From the IMG/VR virus record IMGVR_UViG_3300003970_000020, positions 1 through 44,704 of that record: 44,704 nucleotides of DNA; one strand, 5' to 3'. A program made the translations under genes and the position numbers. The stretch comes from a virus (lineage: Duplodnaviria > Caudoviricetes). The notes below the pieces were generated by a model. It was not told where the DNA came from, made no database searches, and saw only the letters and a list, made by a program, of their open reading frames with translations. Positions 34,847 to 43,956 of this stretch are shown here, one piece after another (the first letter of the stretch is position 1; each line of letters begins with the position of its first letter).

Positions 34847-36330
34847 TCCCAGGCGGCTATGACTGGGCCGACGACATGCTCAAGGTCAAAAGCATGCGCC
34901 GGCGCTTCCGCGACAACTTCGCAGGCGACGCCATCAACCCCACCCGCTGGGAGGTTCTCGCCACCGGCAGCGGCATGATCGTGACGGTGGCGAACGGCAC
35001 CGCGCAGATCTCCACCGGCAGCACGCTGGACGACGAGCTCATCCTGCTCAGCCGGCAGAGCTTCATGCTGCCGCTACGGGCGATGGTTGCGCTGAATCTC
35101 AGCCAGCGCATCGCCGGCCAGACCGCCTGGCTGGAGCTGGTCAGCATCACGCCCGAGACGGGTCTGCCCGACGAGCGCAACATCGTCGCCTGGCGCCTGG
35201 ATGGCATCAGCGCGACGCTCGCCAACTACGAGGTCGGCAGCGACGGCGCACCACGGCTCGGCACCGCCTCGGGCGTCACCATCCCCACCACGGCCCCGGC
35301 CGGCTGGTCGGTGCTGGAGCTCGAGCCGAACAGCGACGAATGCTACTTCCATGGCCGCGCACTGGACGGCACCGGGCTGCGCGCGAATTCCTACGCGCGC
35401 CAGCAGCAGCTGCCCGACCCGGCCGCACTGTATCGCTTTCGCATCCGCGTTCGGAACCGGCAGGTCTTCCACGGCATCTCGGCGGTGGCGAACAACGGCG
35501 GCGGCGCGGTGCGCATCACCCGCGCCGCCCATGGCTACGCGACCTCGGATTCTGTGACGGTGGCCAATGTCGCTGGCGTGCCAGGGGCGAATGGCACCTT
35601 CACCATTACGGTCATCGACGCGAACAACTTCGACCTGGTCGGCTCCACCTTCACCGGCGCCTATGTGAACACCGGCTGGGCGACCATCAGCCGCAACCTG
35701 GCGCCGGCCTCCAGCACCGACCTGCGGCTGCAATTCGTCTCGATTTCCGACTATGCCGAGCTCACCACCGCCATCACCGCTGGTCGCGCCAATGCGGTAG
35801 CGGGTCAGGGCATCGGCGTGAATGTGCTCAGCGCGGCGGCACCCGCGCTCAGCGTGGTCGGCGGCCAGGCGCGCAACACCGCCGGCGCCGTGCCGGTGCT
35901 GGCGGCGACTGGCTATGCCGCGAACCCGGTAGCGGTCACCACGGCACGCGGTGTTGATCTGCTTGCGACGCTGATCGGCGCGCTGGTCACAAAGCCCTAT
36001 GCCATCCCGGAGGCAGACTGGACCTATGCCGGGCCGCTTGCCGGGATTGCCACCGGCAGCGACACCGCGGTGCAGGCTGCGGGCGGCGCCGGCATTCGCC
36101 GCTACGTGACGGGGCTGCAGGTGCAGAACGCCAGCGCCACGGCGACCGAGTTCCAGATCCGCGACGGCACCACGCCGGTCTGGCGGGCGCTGCTGCCGGC
36201 GAACCTGGGCCCCACCAACATCGACTTCCCGACCCCGCTGCGCACCACCGCGAACACCGCGCTGAACATCCAGGCGGTGACGGCCAGCGCGGTGGTGATC
36301 GCCAACCTCCAGGGCTTCACCGCGCCCTAA
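34843..36330 (+). CDS. Beta-rich putative virion protein with an E1-FCCH-like module
   Basis: VRITRAAHGYATSDSVTVANVAGVPGANGTFTITVIDANNFDL; ATGA coupled to the portal. Confidence 0.75.
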   Translation: MIPGGYDWADDMLKVKSMRRRFRDNFAGDAINPTRWEVLATGSGMIVTVANGTAQISTGSTLDDELILLSRQSFMLPLRAMVALNLSQRIAGQTAWLELVSITPETGLPDERNIVAWRLDGISATLANYEVGSDGAPRLGTASGVTIPTTAPAGWSVLELEPNSDECYFHGRALDGTGLRANSYARQQQLPDPAALYRFRIRVRNRQVFHGISAVANNGGGAVRITRAAHGYATSDSVTVANVAGVPGANGTFTITVIDANNFDLVGSTFTGAYVNTGWATISRNLAPASSTDLRLQFVSISDYAELTTAITAGRANAVAGQGIGVNVLSAAAPALSVVGGQARNTAGAVPVLAATGYAANPVAVTTARGVDLLATLIGALVTKPYAIPEADWTYAGPLAGIATGSDTAVQAAGGAGIRRYVTGLQVQNASATATEFQIRDGTTPVWRALLPANLGPTNIDFPTPLRTTANTALNIQAVTASAVVIANLQGFTAP

Positions 36331-36347
36331 CTCCGGGACCCTCTCGC

Positions 36348-38459
36348 ATGACAGAACCGATCGAACCGGGCGGGGGCAACCCCGCGCCGGATCCCGACGC
36401 TGCGCCCGATCGACTGCCCACCGCTGGGCAGTCGATCGTGGCCTGCCGCGCCCTGGCCGCGCCCGTCAGCGTCAATCGTGCGGCCCGCACCGTCGAGGTG
36501 GTGTGGAGCACCGGCGCGCGGGCCCGCAACTTCGTCCCGCCGCTCGGCCCCATCATCGAGGAGCTCGATATGCGGCCCGAGGCAGTGCGCATGGACGCGC
36601 TCCGCTCTGGGCGGGCCCCGGTGCTCGACACCCACCGCCGCGCCGGCACGCGGGATGTCCTGGGCCGTGTCACCACGGCCCGGCTCGAGGCAGGTCGCGG
36701 CTACGCCACTCTGCAATTCAGCGGCGCCGATGACGTCGAGCCGGTCTGGCAGCGGGTCGCCGACGGCACGCTGCAGTCGGTGAGCGTCGGCTATCGGGTG
36801 CATCGCTACGAGCCGCGGCCTGACGCCGCAACCGGCCAGACCATCCACCGCGCGGTGGATTGGGAGCCCTACGAGATCTCGATCGTGCCCATCCCCGTGG
36901 ATGGCCTGGCCGTGATCCGTGGCGAGGAGCCGCAGGGCACTCCCGCCACCGCCATCGAACCCGCCCTGACCGAGGAAAACCCCATGACCAAGACGACGCC
37001 GGAGACCCCGGCTGCCCCTTCGGCGCCGCCCGCTGCGTCGCCGCCCGCCATCCCGACCCAGGAGAACCCCGTGACCACCGCACCTGCCACCCCGCCCGAG
37101 CCGACCCGCGCCGCACCGCCCGCGCCCGATCTCGACGCCATCCGCGCTGAGGCGGACCGGGCCGCGGTCGAGCGCATCGCCGCCTACGAGCCGGTCCTCA
37201 CCGCCGCCCGCGGCCTGGTGACCCCCGACATGCTCGACACCATGCGCGAGGCGGCCATCCGCGACCGCATCTCGCCCGAGGTCCTGCGCGGCCGCCTGTG
37301 GGACGCCTTTGCCCAGAGCGCGCCACGCCCCTCCCTGCCGGCGCGCCCCGAGACCGGCACCGGCCAGGACGACCCGGCCAACCTGCTCGACGCCATGGCC
37401 GAGGCGCTCGCCGCCCGCTCCATGCCCGGCTACCAGGCCCCCACCACCGGCCCCAGCGCCGGCCGCCACGCCGAGTTCATGGGCTGGCGCCCCTCCGACA
37501 TGATGGGCGAATTGCTCCGCGTCCGCGGCGAGCGGAACATCCCGCGCAACCCGACCATCCTCGCCGAGCGCGCCTTCCACACCACCTCCGACTTCCCGGC
37601 GCTGCTCTCGGCCGCGGCCAACAAGATGCTGCTGGCGGCCTATGCGCCGGCGCAGCCGACCTACCGGACGCTGTTCCTTCGCCGCGATTTCCGGGACTTC
37701 AAGCCGCACCGCCACCTGCGCGTGGGCGACTTCCCCAACCTGGTGGCGCTGTCGGAGAACGGGGAAATCCAGGCCGGCACCATGTCGGAAAGCCAGGAGC
37801 TGGTCTTCCTGCAGACTTTTGCCCGCCGCATCCGCGTCACGCGCCAGATGTTGGTCAACGATGATCTCGGCGCCTTCACGGACTTCGCCTCCATGATCGG
37901 CCGGCGTGTGGCCGACTTCGAGAACGCCACGGCCTATGCGCTGGTGAACAGCGCCAACGGCGACGGCCCGACGCTGGTCACCGGCGCCGCGCCGGTGTTT
38001 GCCACCGGTGCCGCCCGTGCCAACAAGGCCAGCGCCGGCACGCTGCTCGACCTGACGAACCTGGCGCTCGGCCGCGCTGCGGTGATGCGCCAGAAGACCC
38101 TCGACGGGTTGCCCATCGCGGTGGGGTCGCAGATGCGCCTGCTGGTCGGGCCGAATCAGGAACTCGCGGCGCGGCAGCTCACGGTCTCGGTGCAGGCGAC
38201 GCAGACCAGCAACGCCAACGTCTATGCCGGCTTTGTGCAGCCGCTGGTAGAGCCGTTGATCTCGGCTAACCGCTGGTACCTGTTCTCCGATCCCTTCGCC
38301 GCACCCGTCTATGTCTACGGCTACCTGAACGGCGCCGAGGGCCCGCAGGTCACCACCGGCAATGTCCAGGGCGTGGACGGTGTCGAGGTCAGCGTGATCT
38401 TCGACTTCGGCGTCGGCGCCATCGACTGGCGCGGCGCCTGGTTCAACCCGGGCATCTGA
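36348..38459 (+). CDS. Prohead protease / major capsid protein fusion
   Basis: PVLDTH, VSVGYRV, WEPYEISIV protease; Pro-rich linker; HTTSDFP..RDFK..NDDLGAF..DWRG capsid. Confidence 0.93.
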   Translation: MTEPIEPGGGNPAPDPDAAPDRLPTAGQSIVACRALAAPVSVNRAARTVEVVWSTGARARNFVPPLGPIIEELDMRPEAVRMDALRSGRAPVLDTHRRAGTRDVLGRVTTARLEAGRGYATLQFSGADDVEPVWQRVADGTLQSVSVGYRVHRYEPRPDAATGQTIHRAVDWEPYEISIVPIPVDGLAVIRGEEPQGTPATAIEPALTEENPMTKTTPETPAAPSAPPAASPPAIPTQENPVTTAPATPPEPTRAAPPAPDLDAIRAEADRAAVERIAAYEPVLTAARGLVTPDMLDTMREAAIRDRISPEVLRGRLWDAFAQSAPRPSLPARPETGTGQDDPANLLDAMAEALAARSMPGYQAPTTGPSAGRHAEFMGWRPSDMMGELLRVRGERNIPRNPTILAERAFHTTSDFPALLSAAANKMLLAAYAPAQPTYRTLFLRRDFRDFKPHRHLRVGDFPNLVALSENGEIQAGTMSESQELVFLQTFARRIRVTRQMLVNDDLGAFTDFASMIGRRVADFENATAYALVNSANGDGPTLVTGAAPVFATGAARANKASAGTLLDLTNLALGRAAVMRQKTLDGLPIAVGSQMRLLVGPNQELAARQLTVSVQATQTSNANVYAGFVQPLVEPLISANRWYLFSDPFAAPVYVYGYLNGAEGPQVTTGNVQGVDGVEVSVIFDFGVGAIDWRGAWFNPGI

Positions 38460-38490
38460 TCCCGGCTCCTCCCATCCATCGTGAACCCAT

Positions 38491-38526
38491 GCAGAGGCCG
38501 CCCCACCGGGCGGCTTCTGCGTTTCT
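38491..38526 (+). terminator. Hairpin after the capsid gene
   Basis: GCAGAGGCCGCCC-CACC-GGGCGGCTTCTGC followed by GTTTCT (weak U tract). Confidence 0.5.
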
Positions 38527-38541
38527 GGAGACCCCATCGCC

Positions 38542-38889
38542 ATGCGCAACTACGTCCAGCCGGGCAAAAGCCTGGCCATCGCCGTTCCCTATGCGGGCGG
38601 CATTCTCTCCGGTCAGGGCGTCCTGGTCGGTGCACTGTTCGGTGTCGCCGCCGTCGATGGCGCGCAGAATGCCATCATCGAGGCCGCCACCCAGGGCGTC
38701 TTCGACATCACCAAGGAGCCAGCGGTCGCCATTACCGCCGGCGCTCGCGTCTTCTGGGACAACACCAACCGACGCATCACCACCACCGCGGCCGGCAATT
38801 TTCAGGTCGGCATCGCCAGCCTGGCGGCACTGGCCGCGGACACCACCGTCCGGGTGTGGCTGAACCGCGTGCCGGCGCTCGGCACGTGA
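38542..38889 (+). CDS. DUF2190-like head decoration/cement protein
   Basis: MRNYVQPG..SGQGVLVG.LFGVA..GVF. Confidence 0.88.
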   Translation: MRNYVQPGKSLAIAVPYAGGILSGQGVLVGALFGVAAVDGAQNAIIEAATQGVFDITKEPAVAITAGARVFWDNTNRRITTTAAGNFQVGIASLAALAADTTVRVWLNRVPALGT

Positions 38890-39524
38890 GTATCGATCCC
38901 AAGGCCACGCGGGGCTATCGCAACCGCAACCCGGGCAATATCGAGCACGTCCCGGCCAACAAATGGCAGGGGCTGGCCGAGCCGCCGTCAGACGGGCGCT
39001 TCTGCCGGTTCACCAGCCATGAGTTCGGCATCCGGGCGCTGGCGGCGCTGCTGGTCACCTACCAGGACCGCCACAAGCTGCGGACGCCACGTGCGATCAT
39101 CGAACGCTGGGCGCCCAAGGTGGAGAACGACACCGCCGCGTACATCGCGGTGGTGGCGCGGCGGATCGGCGTCGGGGCGGATGATGCGATCGACCTGCAT
39201 CGGCATGATCACCTGCGCCCGCTGGTGGAGGCCATCATCCACCATGAATGTGCCGGACTGTCCTATCCGGCCGGCGTGATCTATCGGGCCCTGACCTTGG
39301 CTGGCGTCCCGCCGGCGCAGCCAGCGACTCTGCGCGAGGTGGCGGCGGTCACGGGCACCGGCCGCGGTGCGGTGCTGGTGGGTGCTGCGGGCATCGCCAC
39401 CGCCGTGGCGCAGGCAGCGCCGGCCATCCAGGCACTGGGCACCCTGGCGCCAGCCGTCGCCATCGCGGTCATCGTGGCGGCGGTGGTGGGCGTGCTCGCC
39501 TGGCGGCTGCGGCGGCCGGCGTGA
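38886..39524 (+). CDS. Lysozyme-like (P5-type) putative peptidoglycan hydrolase with hydrophobic C-terminus
   Basis: RGYRNRNPGNI, GIRAL, RWAP..ENDT..Y, HE; two hydrophobic C-terminal segments. Confidence 0.78.
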   Translation: MSIDPKATRGYRNRNPGNIEHVPANKWQGLAEPPSDGRFCRFTSHEFGIRALAALLVTYQDRHKLRTPRAIIERWAPKVENDTAAYIAVVARRIGVGADDAIDLHRHDHLRPLVEAIIHHECAGLSYPAGVIYRALTLAGVPPAQPATLREVAAVTGTGRGAVLVGAAGIATAVAQAAPAIQALGTLAPAVAIAVIVAAVVGVLAWRLRRPA

Positions 39525-39829
39525 GTGCCTTCGCCGCCGCCATGGACGCGCTGGCCGCGGATCCGAACATCGGCACGGATGCGAGCTATCGCGCGGGCGG
39601 GACCGGGACACCGGTCCTGCTCCGCGTGATCCGCTCTGCGCCGGACCGGCTGGGCGACGCCTTCGGCACCAGCGTCATCCAGGCCAGCGACGTGCTGACG
39701 GTGGCCATGGCAGTGCTGTCCACGGTCGATGCCGATGACACCTTCACCCTCGGCGCCGAGACCCTGACCGTTCAGCACGCCGAGCGCGACGCCGCCGGCA
39801 TCGCCTGGCGCGTCTTCTGCCGCCGCTAG
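39521..39829 (+). CDS. Head-tail joining protein
   Basis: MSAFAAAMDAL.ADPN; size and position. Confidence 0.72.
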   Translation: MSAFAAAMDALAADPNIGTDASYRAGGTGTPVLLRVIRSAPDRLGDAFGTSVIQASDVLTVAMAVLSTVDADDTFTLGAETLTVQHAERDAAGIAWRVFCRR

Positions 39830-39839
39830 GAGAACCGCC

Positions 39840-40142
39840 ATGATCGACCCGGAGCGCATCGGCGGCATTGTCGGCGAGGCACTGCTCGCCGGCGCCCTGG
39901 GTGCGCTTGGGGCCGTGGCGCGGCTGACTTCGACGGGCCGGCCGATGCTGAGCGGCGCCTTCCTGCTGCACACGCTGGCCGGCGGCAGCCTCGGTACCGG
40001 GGCCTGGCTGGTGGCGCGGGCGTTGGAACTCGACGGTTGGTGGCTGTTCGCCGTGGCCTGGATGGCCGGCACGCTCGGCTACGCCGCGCTGCATGACCTG
40101 CTGCTGCGGGTGCTGAACCGTAAGCTGGGCGGCGGTTCGTAA
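39840..40142 (+). CDS. Membrane protein, holin-like
   Basis: 100 aa, three hydrophobic segments, basic C-terminus. Confidence 0.6.
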   Translation: MIDPERIGGIVGEALLAGALGALGAVARLTSTGRPMLSGAFLLHTLAGGSLGTGAWLVARALELDGWWLFAVAWMAGTLGYAALHDLLLRVLNRKLGGGS

Positions 40143-40145
40143 GCG

Positions 40146-40871
40146 ATGCGGCTCGGTGCCAGCATCGTGGGCGACCTGCGCCAGGTCCTGGCCGATGAGG
40201 TGCGCGCTGGTGAGCGTGCCGCGATGACCGCCATCCGCGCCGAGACCGATCAGGTGAAAGCCGAGTTGCGCCGGCAAGTCACCACCGCTTTCTCGGGCAA
40301 CGCGCGAGGCATCGCCAATGCCTGGCGGTCGATGATCTTCCCGCGGAGCGGCCAGTCGCTGCGGCCGGCGGGGCTGGTGTTCACCAAGGTGCCGAACGTG
40401 ATCGACGCCTTCGAACGCGGTGCGCTAATCCGCGCCAAGGGTGGTGGGAAGTTCCTGGCCATCCCGACCGGGTTTAATGCAGCGCGCGGACGGCGCGGGC
40501 GCGGCGAAAAGGGCATGCGGGTCACGCCCGCGCAGATGGTTGCCTCCGGGCAGGCTTTCCTCCGCCCGTTCAAATCAGGCCGGGGCTTCGTGTGGTGCCT
40601 GCCGCTGCGGCAGGGCGAGCAGACCGGGCGGCGGCGACGCACCCGTCTAGTCGCTGGCGGCGTTGCGGAGGTCGGCACCGCGAACCGTAAGGGCCGCGAG
40701 GCCTGGGCGCGCGGCCTGCTGGAGCAGGGGATGGTGCCGATGTTCCTGCTCCTGCCACAGGTGAAGCTCGCCAAGCGGCTCGATGTGCGCGGCGCCGCTG
40801 AGCGCGGGCTGCGCCGCCTGCCGGGGCGGTTCGTCGCCGCCTGGGAACGCGAAAGCGGGAGAACAGTATGA
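40146..40871 (+). CDS. DUF6441-like neck/tail completion protein
   Basis: LRRQV..AW..FP..SL.PA..FE.GALIR..LAIPT..VPMFLL.PQV.L.KRLD. Confidence 0.78.
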   Translation: MRLGASIVGDLRQVLADEVRAGERAAMTAIRAETDQVKAELRRQVTTAFSGNARGIANAWRSMIFPRSGQSLRPAGLVFTKVPNVIDAFERGALIRAKGGGKFLAIPTGFNAARGRRGRGEKGMRVTPAQMVASGQAFLRPFKSGRGFVWCLPLRQGEQTGRRRRTRLVAGGVAEVGTANRKGREAWARGLLEQGMVPMFLLLPQVKLAKRLDVRGAAERGLRRLPGRFVAAWERESGRTV

Positions 40872-40999
40872 CCATGCGCGCGCGCTTTCTGCTGCTGCTG
40901 CTCGGGCTCGTCGCGCTGTCCTGGGCCGCTATCCCTATCGGCCTGGCGCTCACCTGGGTCACGGGCCGCTTCTTCGCGTTGATGCTGGGTTGGACATGA
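40868..40999 (+). CDS. 43-aa membrane peptide (not in the ORF track)
   Basis: MTMRARFLLLLLGLVALSWAAIPIGLALTWVTGRFFALMLGWT; ATGA overlaps at both ends. Confidence 0.6.
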   Translation: MTMRARFLLLLLGLVALSWAAIPIGLALTWVTGRFFALMLGWT

Positions 41000-41442
41000 G
41001 CATCCGTGAGACGGCGATCGCGGCGCTGCACAGCAGGCTCGTCGCATCGCTGGCCCTTCGGAACCCGGCGCCGGTGGTGCTGCGCGGCGAGACAATTCCG
41101 CAGCGCGTCCCCGCCGGCGGGCTGGTCGTCGTCCGCGACGGCGAGACGGTGGAGGAGACGCCGATCCTCTCCCCGCTCGCCTGGCAGATTGAGCATCGCG
41201 CCGAGGTCGAGGTCACCGTCGCCGGCGCCACGCCCGCCGCGCGCAACACCTTGCTCGACGCGCTGCTGGTGGACATCGCCGCGGCGATTGCGGGAAGCCG
41301 CACGCTGGGTGGTGCCGTCGAATGGGCGCAGCCCGGCAGCGCCGCCTTCGAGGATGTCGAATTCGAGGGCGCCGCCGCGGCCCGCGCCGCCGCCATCCCG
41401 ATCACCCTCTGGTTCACCGTCGCCGGCTCGCCGCTGGCCTGA
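40996..41442 (+). CDS. Tail terminator-like protein
   Basis: MSIRETAIAAL..VLRGE..P.GGL..RDG; directly upstream of the tail tube gene. Confidence 0.75.
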   Translation: MSIRETAIAALHSRLVASLALRNPAPVVLRGETIPQRVPAGGLVVVRDGETVEETPILSPLAWQIEHRAEVEVTVAGATPAARNTLLDALLVDIAAAIAGSRTLGGAVEWAQPGSAAFEDVEFEGAAAARAAAIPITLWFTVAGSPLA

Positions 41443-41463
41443 TCCCCGTTCAGGAGAAAGACC

Positions 41464-42417
41464 ATGCCCCGTGCCATCGGCGCGAACTGCCGCCTGCTCA
41501 TGCTGCCCGAAACCGTCTACGGCACCGCACCCGGCAGCAACTGGCGGCGCATGCCGTTCCTGTCCTGCGACCTCGGCGCGGAGCAGCCGCTGCTCGATGC
41601 CGACGTCATCGGGGTGGGCAGCAACCGCGATCCTGCGGCGCCCTTCCTCGACACGGTGACGGTCGCTGGCCAGGCGGTGGTGCCGGTCGATCTCATCAAC
41701 ATCGGCCACTGGCTGCGGCTGCTGCTCGGCGCACCGACCACCACCGGCACCACCAACTTCATCCACACCTTCGCGTCCGGCGCGGCCGCGCTGCCGAGCA
41801 ACGCGATGGAGCTCGGCTATCCGGATGTGCCGTCCTTCGACGTCTGCACCGGCGTGCGCGCCGACACGCTGGAGATGGACTTCACACCGACTGGCGCGGC
41901 GACCGCCACCTTCGGGCTGCTGGGGCAGGGTTCGGTGCGGACCGGTGCCACCTCGGGCGGCACGCCGACCAGCGCGGCCTACACGGCGTTCAACAAGGCG
42001 CAGGGGTCCATCACGCGCAGCGGTGCGGCGCTGGCGCAGGTCACCGGCGCGCGGCTCACTTACGCCAACGGCATGGAGGCGGTGCGCACCATACGTGCCG
42101 ACCGTCGCGTGGAGGGCGTGGATCCCGGCATCGCCCGCTGCACCGGCCAGATCACGGTCCGATTCGAGAACACCACGCTGCTCGCCCAGGCGCAGGCGGG
42201 AACCTCGGCGGAATTCGCCCTGGCCTTCACCATTGATGCCAACCGCAGCCTGACGATCACGCTGCACGAGGTCTATCTGGCGCTGGCAAAAACCCCGATC
42301 GAGGGACCGGCGGGGGTGGAGGCCAGCTTCGATTTCCGGGCGGCGTTCAATGCCACCGTGACGCGGATGATGACGGCGGTGCTGCGGAACCAGCAGGCGG
42401 GGACGGAGTACGCCTAA
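41464..42417 (+). CDS. Phage tail tube protein
   Basis: ETVYG.AP..PF.S.DLGAEQPL..GRDP-like; C-terminal IEGPAGVEASFD. Confidence 0.88.
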   Translation: MPRAIGANCRLLMLPETVYGTAPGSNWRRMPFLSCDLGAEQPLLDADVIGVGSNRDPAAPFLDTVTVAGQAVVPVDLINIGHWLRLLLGAPTTTGTTNFIHTFASGAAALPSNAMELGYPDVPSFDVCTGVRADTLEMDFTPTGAATATFGLLGQGSVRTGATSGGTPTSAAYTAFNKAQGSITRSGAALAQVTGARLTYANGMEAVRTIRADRRVEGVDPGIARCTGQITVRFENTTLLAQAQAGTSAEFALAFTIDANRSLTITLHEVYLALAKTPIEGPAGVEASFDFRAAFNATVTRMMTAVLRNQQAGTEYA

Positions 42418-43507
42418 GCTTTCTTCAATGTGTCGCGAAGGTAGCCCGCAGCGGCCTCGTGGCATTCATCGACATACTTCAGCCCGACCGAACGCACGAT
42501 GAGGTAGCCGAGACCGGCGGAGACGAGCATCCCAAGAATAGGGATGTATCGTCCGACCTGCTGCATTATGGCAGGAGTCCCAGCGGATTTCAGCAGGAGC
42601 AAAACGCCTTCCGCAGCCAAGGGCGCAGCGAGGTTTCTTGCAGCGAGAAGCCACGTAGGAGGGGAGCCCGACGCCACTATAGCTGCAATGACGTCGAGAT
42701 TATATGCTGTGGAAACACGGTCGAGCATCTTGAGCACGTTGCCTATGTCTACCGCAATATTAAGTCCTGGAACCGGATTAATGCCGTTTGCCGCAGCTAT
42801 GAAGGAGTGAGTTAGGACCATATCCTCCACTGAGCTACGCTTCTTTTTTAGGAATTCTTCCGTGAATGCCTGAAAGTCACGATAAAGAATATCTACTTTA
42901 GATTTACCAGCCTCAATAGCGTATAGCTCGATAACCTCGGTAAGCTTTGCGAGTCTCTCACGATATTTCGGGTAGCGTCGATTCGTACTCACGAAGAGAA
43001 GTTCGACGCGTAATTGGATTAAGCGATGTAGATCGCCCGCTATCTCTGCTTCTACTTCTTCATCCGATTTTTCCTCGTCGTAGATGTTATCACACTGCGT
43101 GCGCACATAAATAATCGGCTTACCCGTGGCCTTAAGCGCATCGTGAACTGTAAGGTCCTCGTCGAGGAATTTGCCGTTTGCGCACCAGATGAACATGTCG
43201 AAGGATGAGATACGGAACTCATCCATGACCCTCTGCAATGAAAACTCACGCGTCCCGTAGCCGGGCAAGTCGACGAAGACGACCTGCTTCCATGCGTGCA
43301 ACTCCGCCGTCTGGGTGGTGTCTGTTGTAGCTCCGACATCGCAAACCTTCCGGCCTACAAGACTATTTATCAGCGAGCTCTTTCCCGCTCCTCCGCGCCC
43401 TACAAGCGCGATGGTTAGTCTCTCTTTGTCACGTTTTTCCCGTCAGCACGAAGGTGAGCGACGGCGTCCTCCATGGAGGATGCTTCGTGAAGCGTGCTGT
43501 CACTCAT
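42414..43507 (-). CDS. IRG/IIGP-like (interferon-inducible GTPase-like) protein, split by a -1 frameshift near 43433-43441
   Basis: G1 GRGGAGKSS, G2 TTDTT, G3 DLPG, G4-like RTQCD, helical C-terminus with PVPGL..D; RBS and ATG at 43507 lie in a different frame from the GTPase body. Confidence 0.8.
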
Positions 43508-43532
43508 GAGGTTGTTCTCCGCCTGGCAAATA

Positions 43533-43561
43533 AGCATGCCGCGCCTGGAGTTACTTCGCAA
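43533..43561 (-). promoter_or_regulatory. Candidate promoter of the GTPase moron
   Basis: TTGCGA-N17-CATGCT on the minus strand. Confidence 0.45.
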
Positions 43562-43578
43562 CGATTGGAGATTTGGAA

Positions 43579-43956
43579 ATGCTCACCCTCGACCTCCCGG
43601 TCGAGCCGTACTGGCTCGACCTGCCGCGCGGCGTCCGCTTGGAAATCCGCCCCGTCACCACCGCCGTGATGGCCGCCGCCCAGGCCGGCTCGGCTCGTCG
43701 CCTCGGTGCGCTGCGCGCAGCGTCCGAGGATCTGGATCCCGACATGGCGCGCGGCCTGGCCTTCGCTTTCCTGGTCAAGGCGCTGGCCCGCCACGCCGTG
43801 ACCGCCTGGGAGGGCGTCGGCGACGCTGCCGGCAAGCCGCTGCCGCTCTCGCCCGAGGCCGTCGAGCGGCTGATGGACATGGACGAGATGGCGGCCGCCT
43901 TCTGGGATCGCGCCACCGGCCCCGTTGCCGCGGTGGCCCTGGAGGGAAACGGATAA
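43579..43956 (+). CDS. Tail assembly chaperone (gpG-like)
   Basis: MLTLDL..EPYWLDL..WEGVGDA.G; GGAG RBS; ends EGNG at a slippery site. Confidence 0.85.
   Translation: MLTLDLPVEPYWLDLPRGVRLEIRPVTTAVMAAAQAGSARRLGALRAASEDLDPDMARGLAFAFLVKALARHAVTAWEGVGDAAGKPLPLSPEAVERLMDMDEMAAAFWDRATGPVAAVALEGNG

Noticed and set aside
42414-43301. GTPase starting at TTG 43301 as in the ORF track
   Set aside because: This start omits G1 and G2, which are encoded in frame upstream
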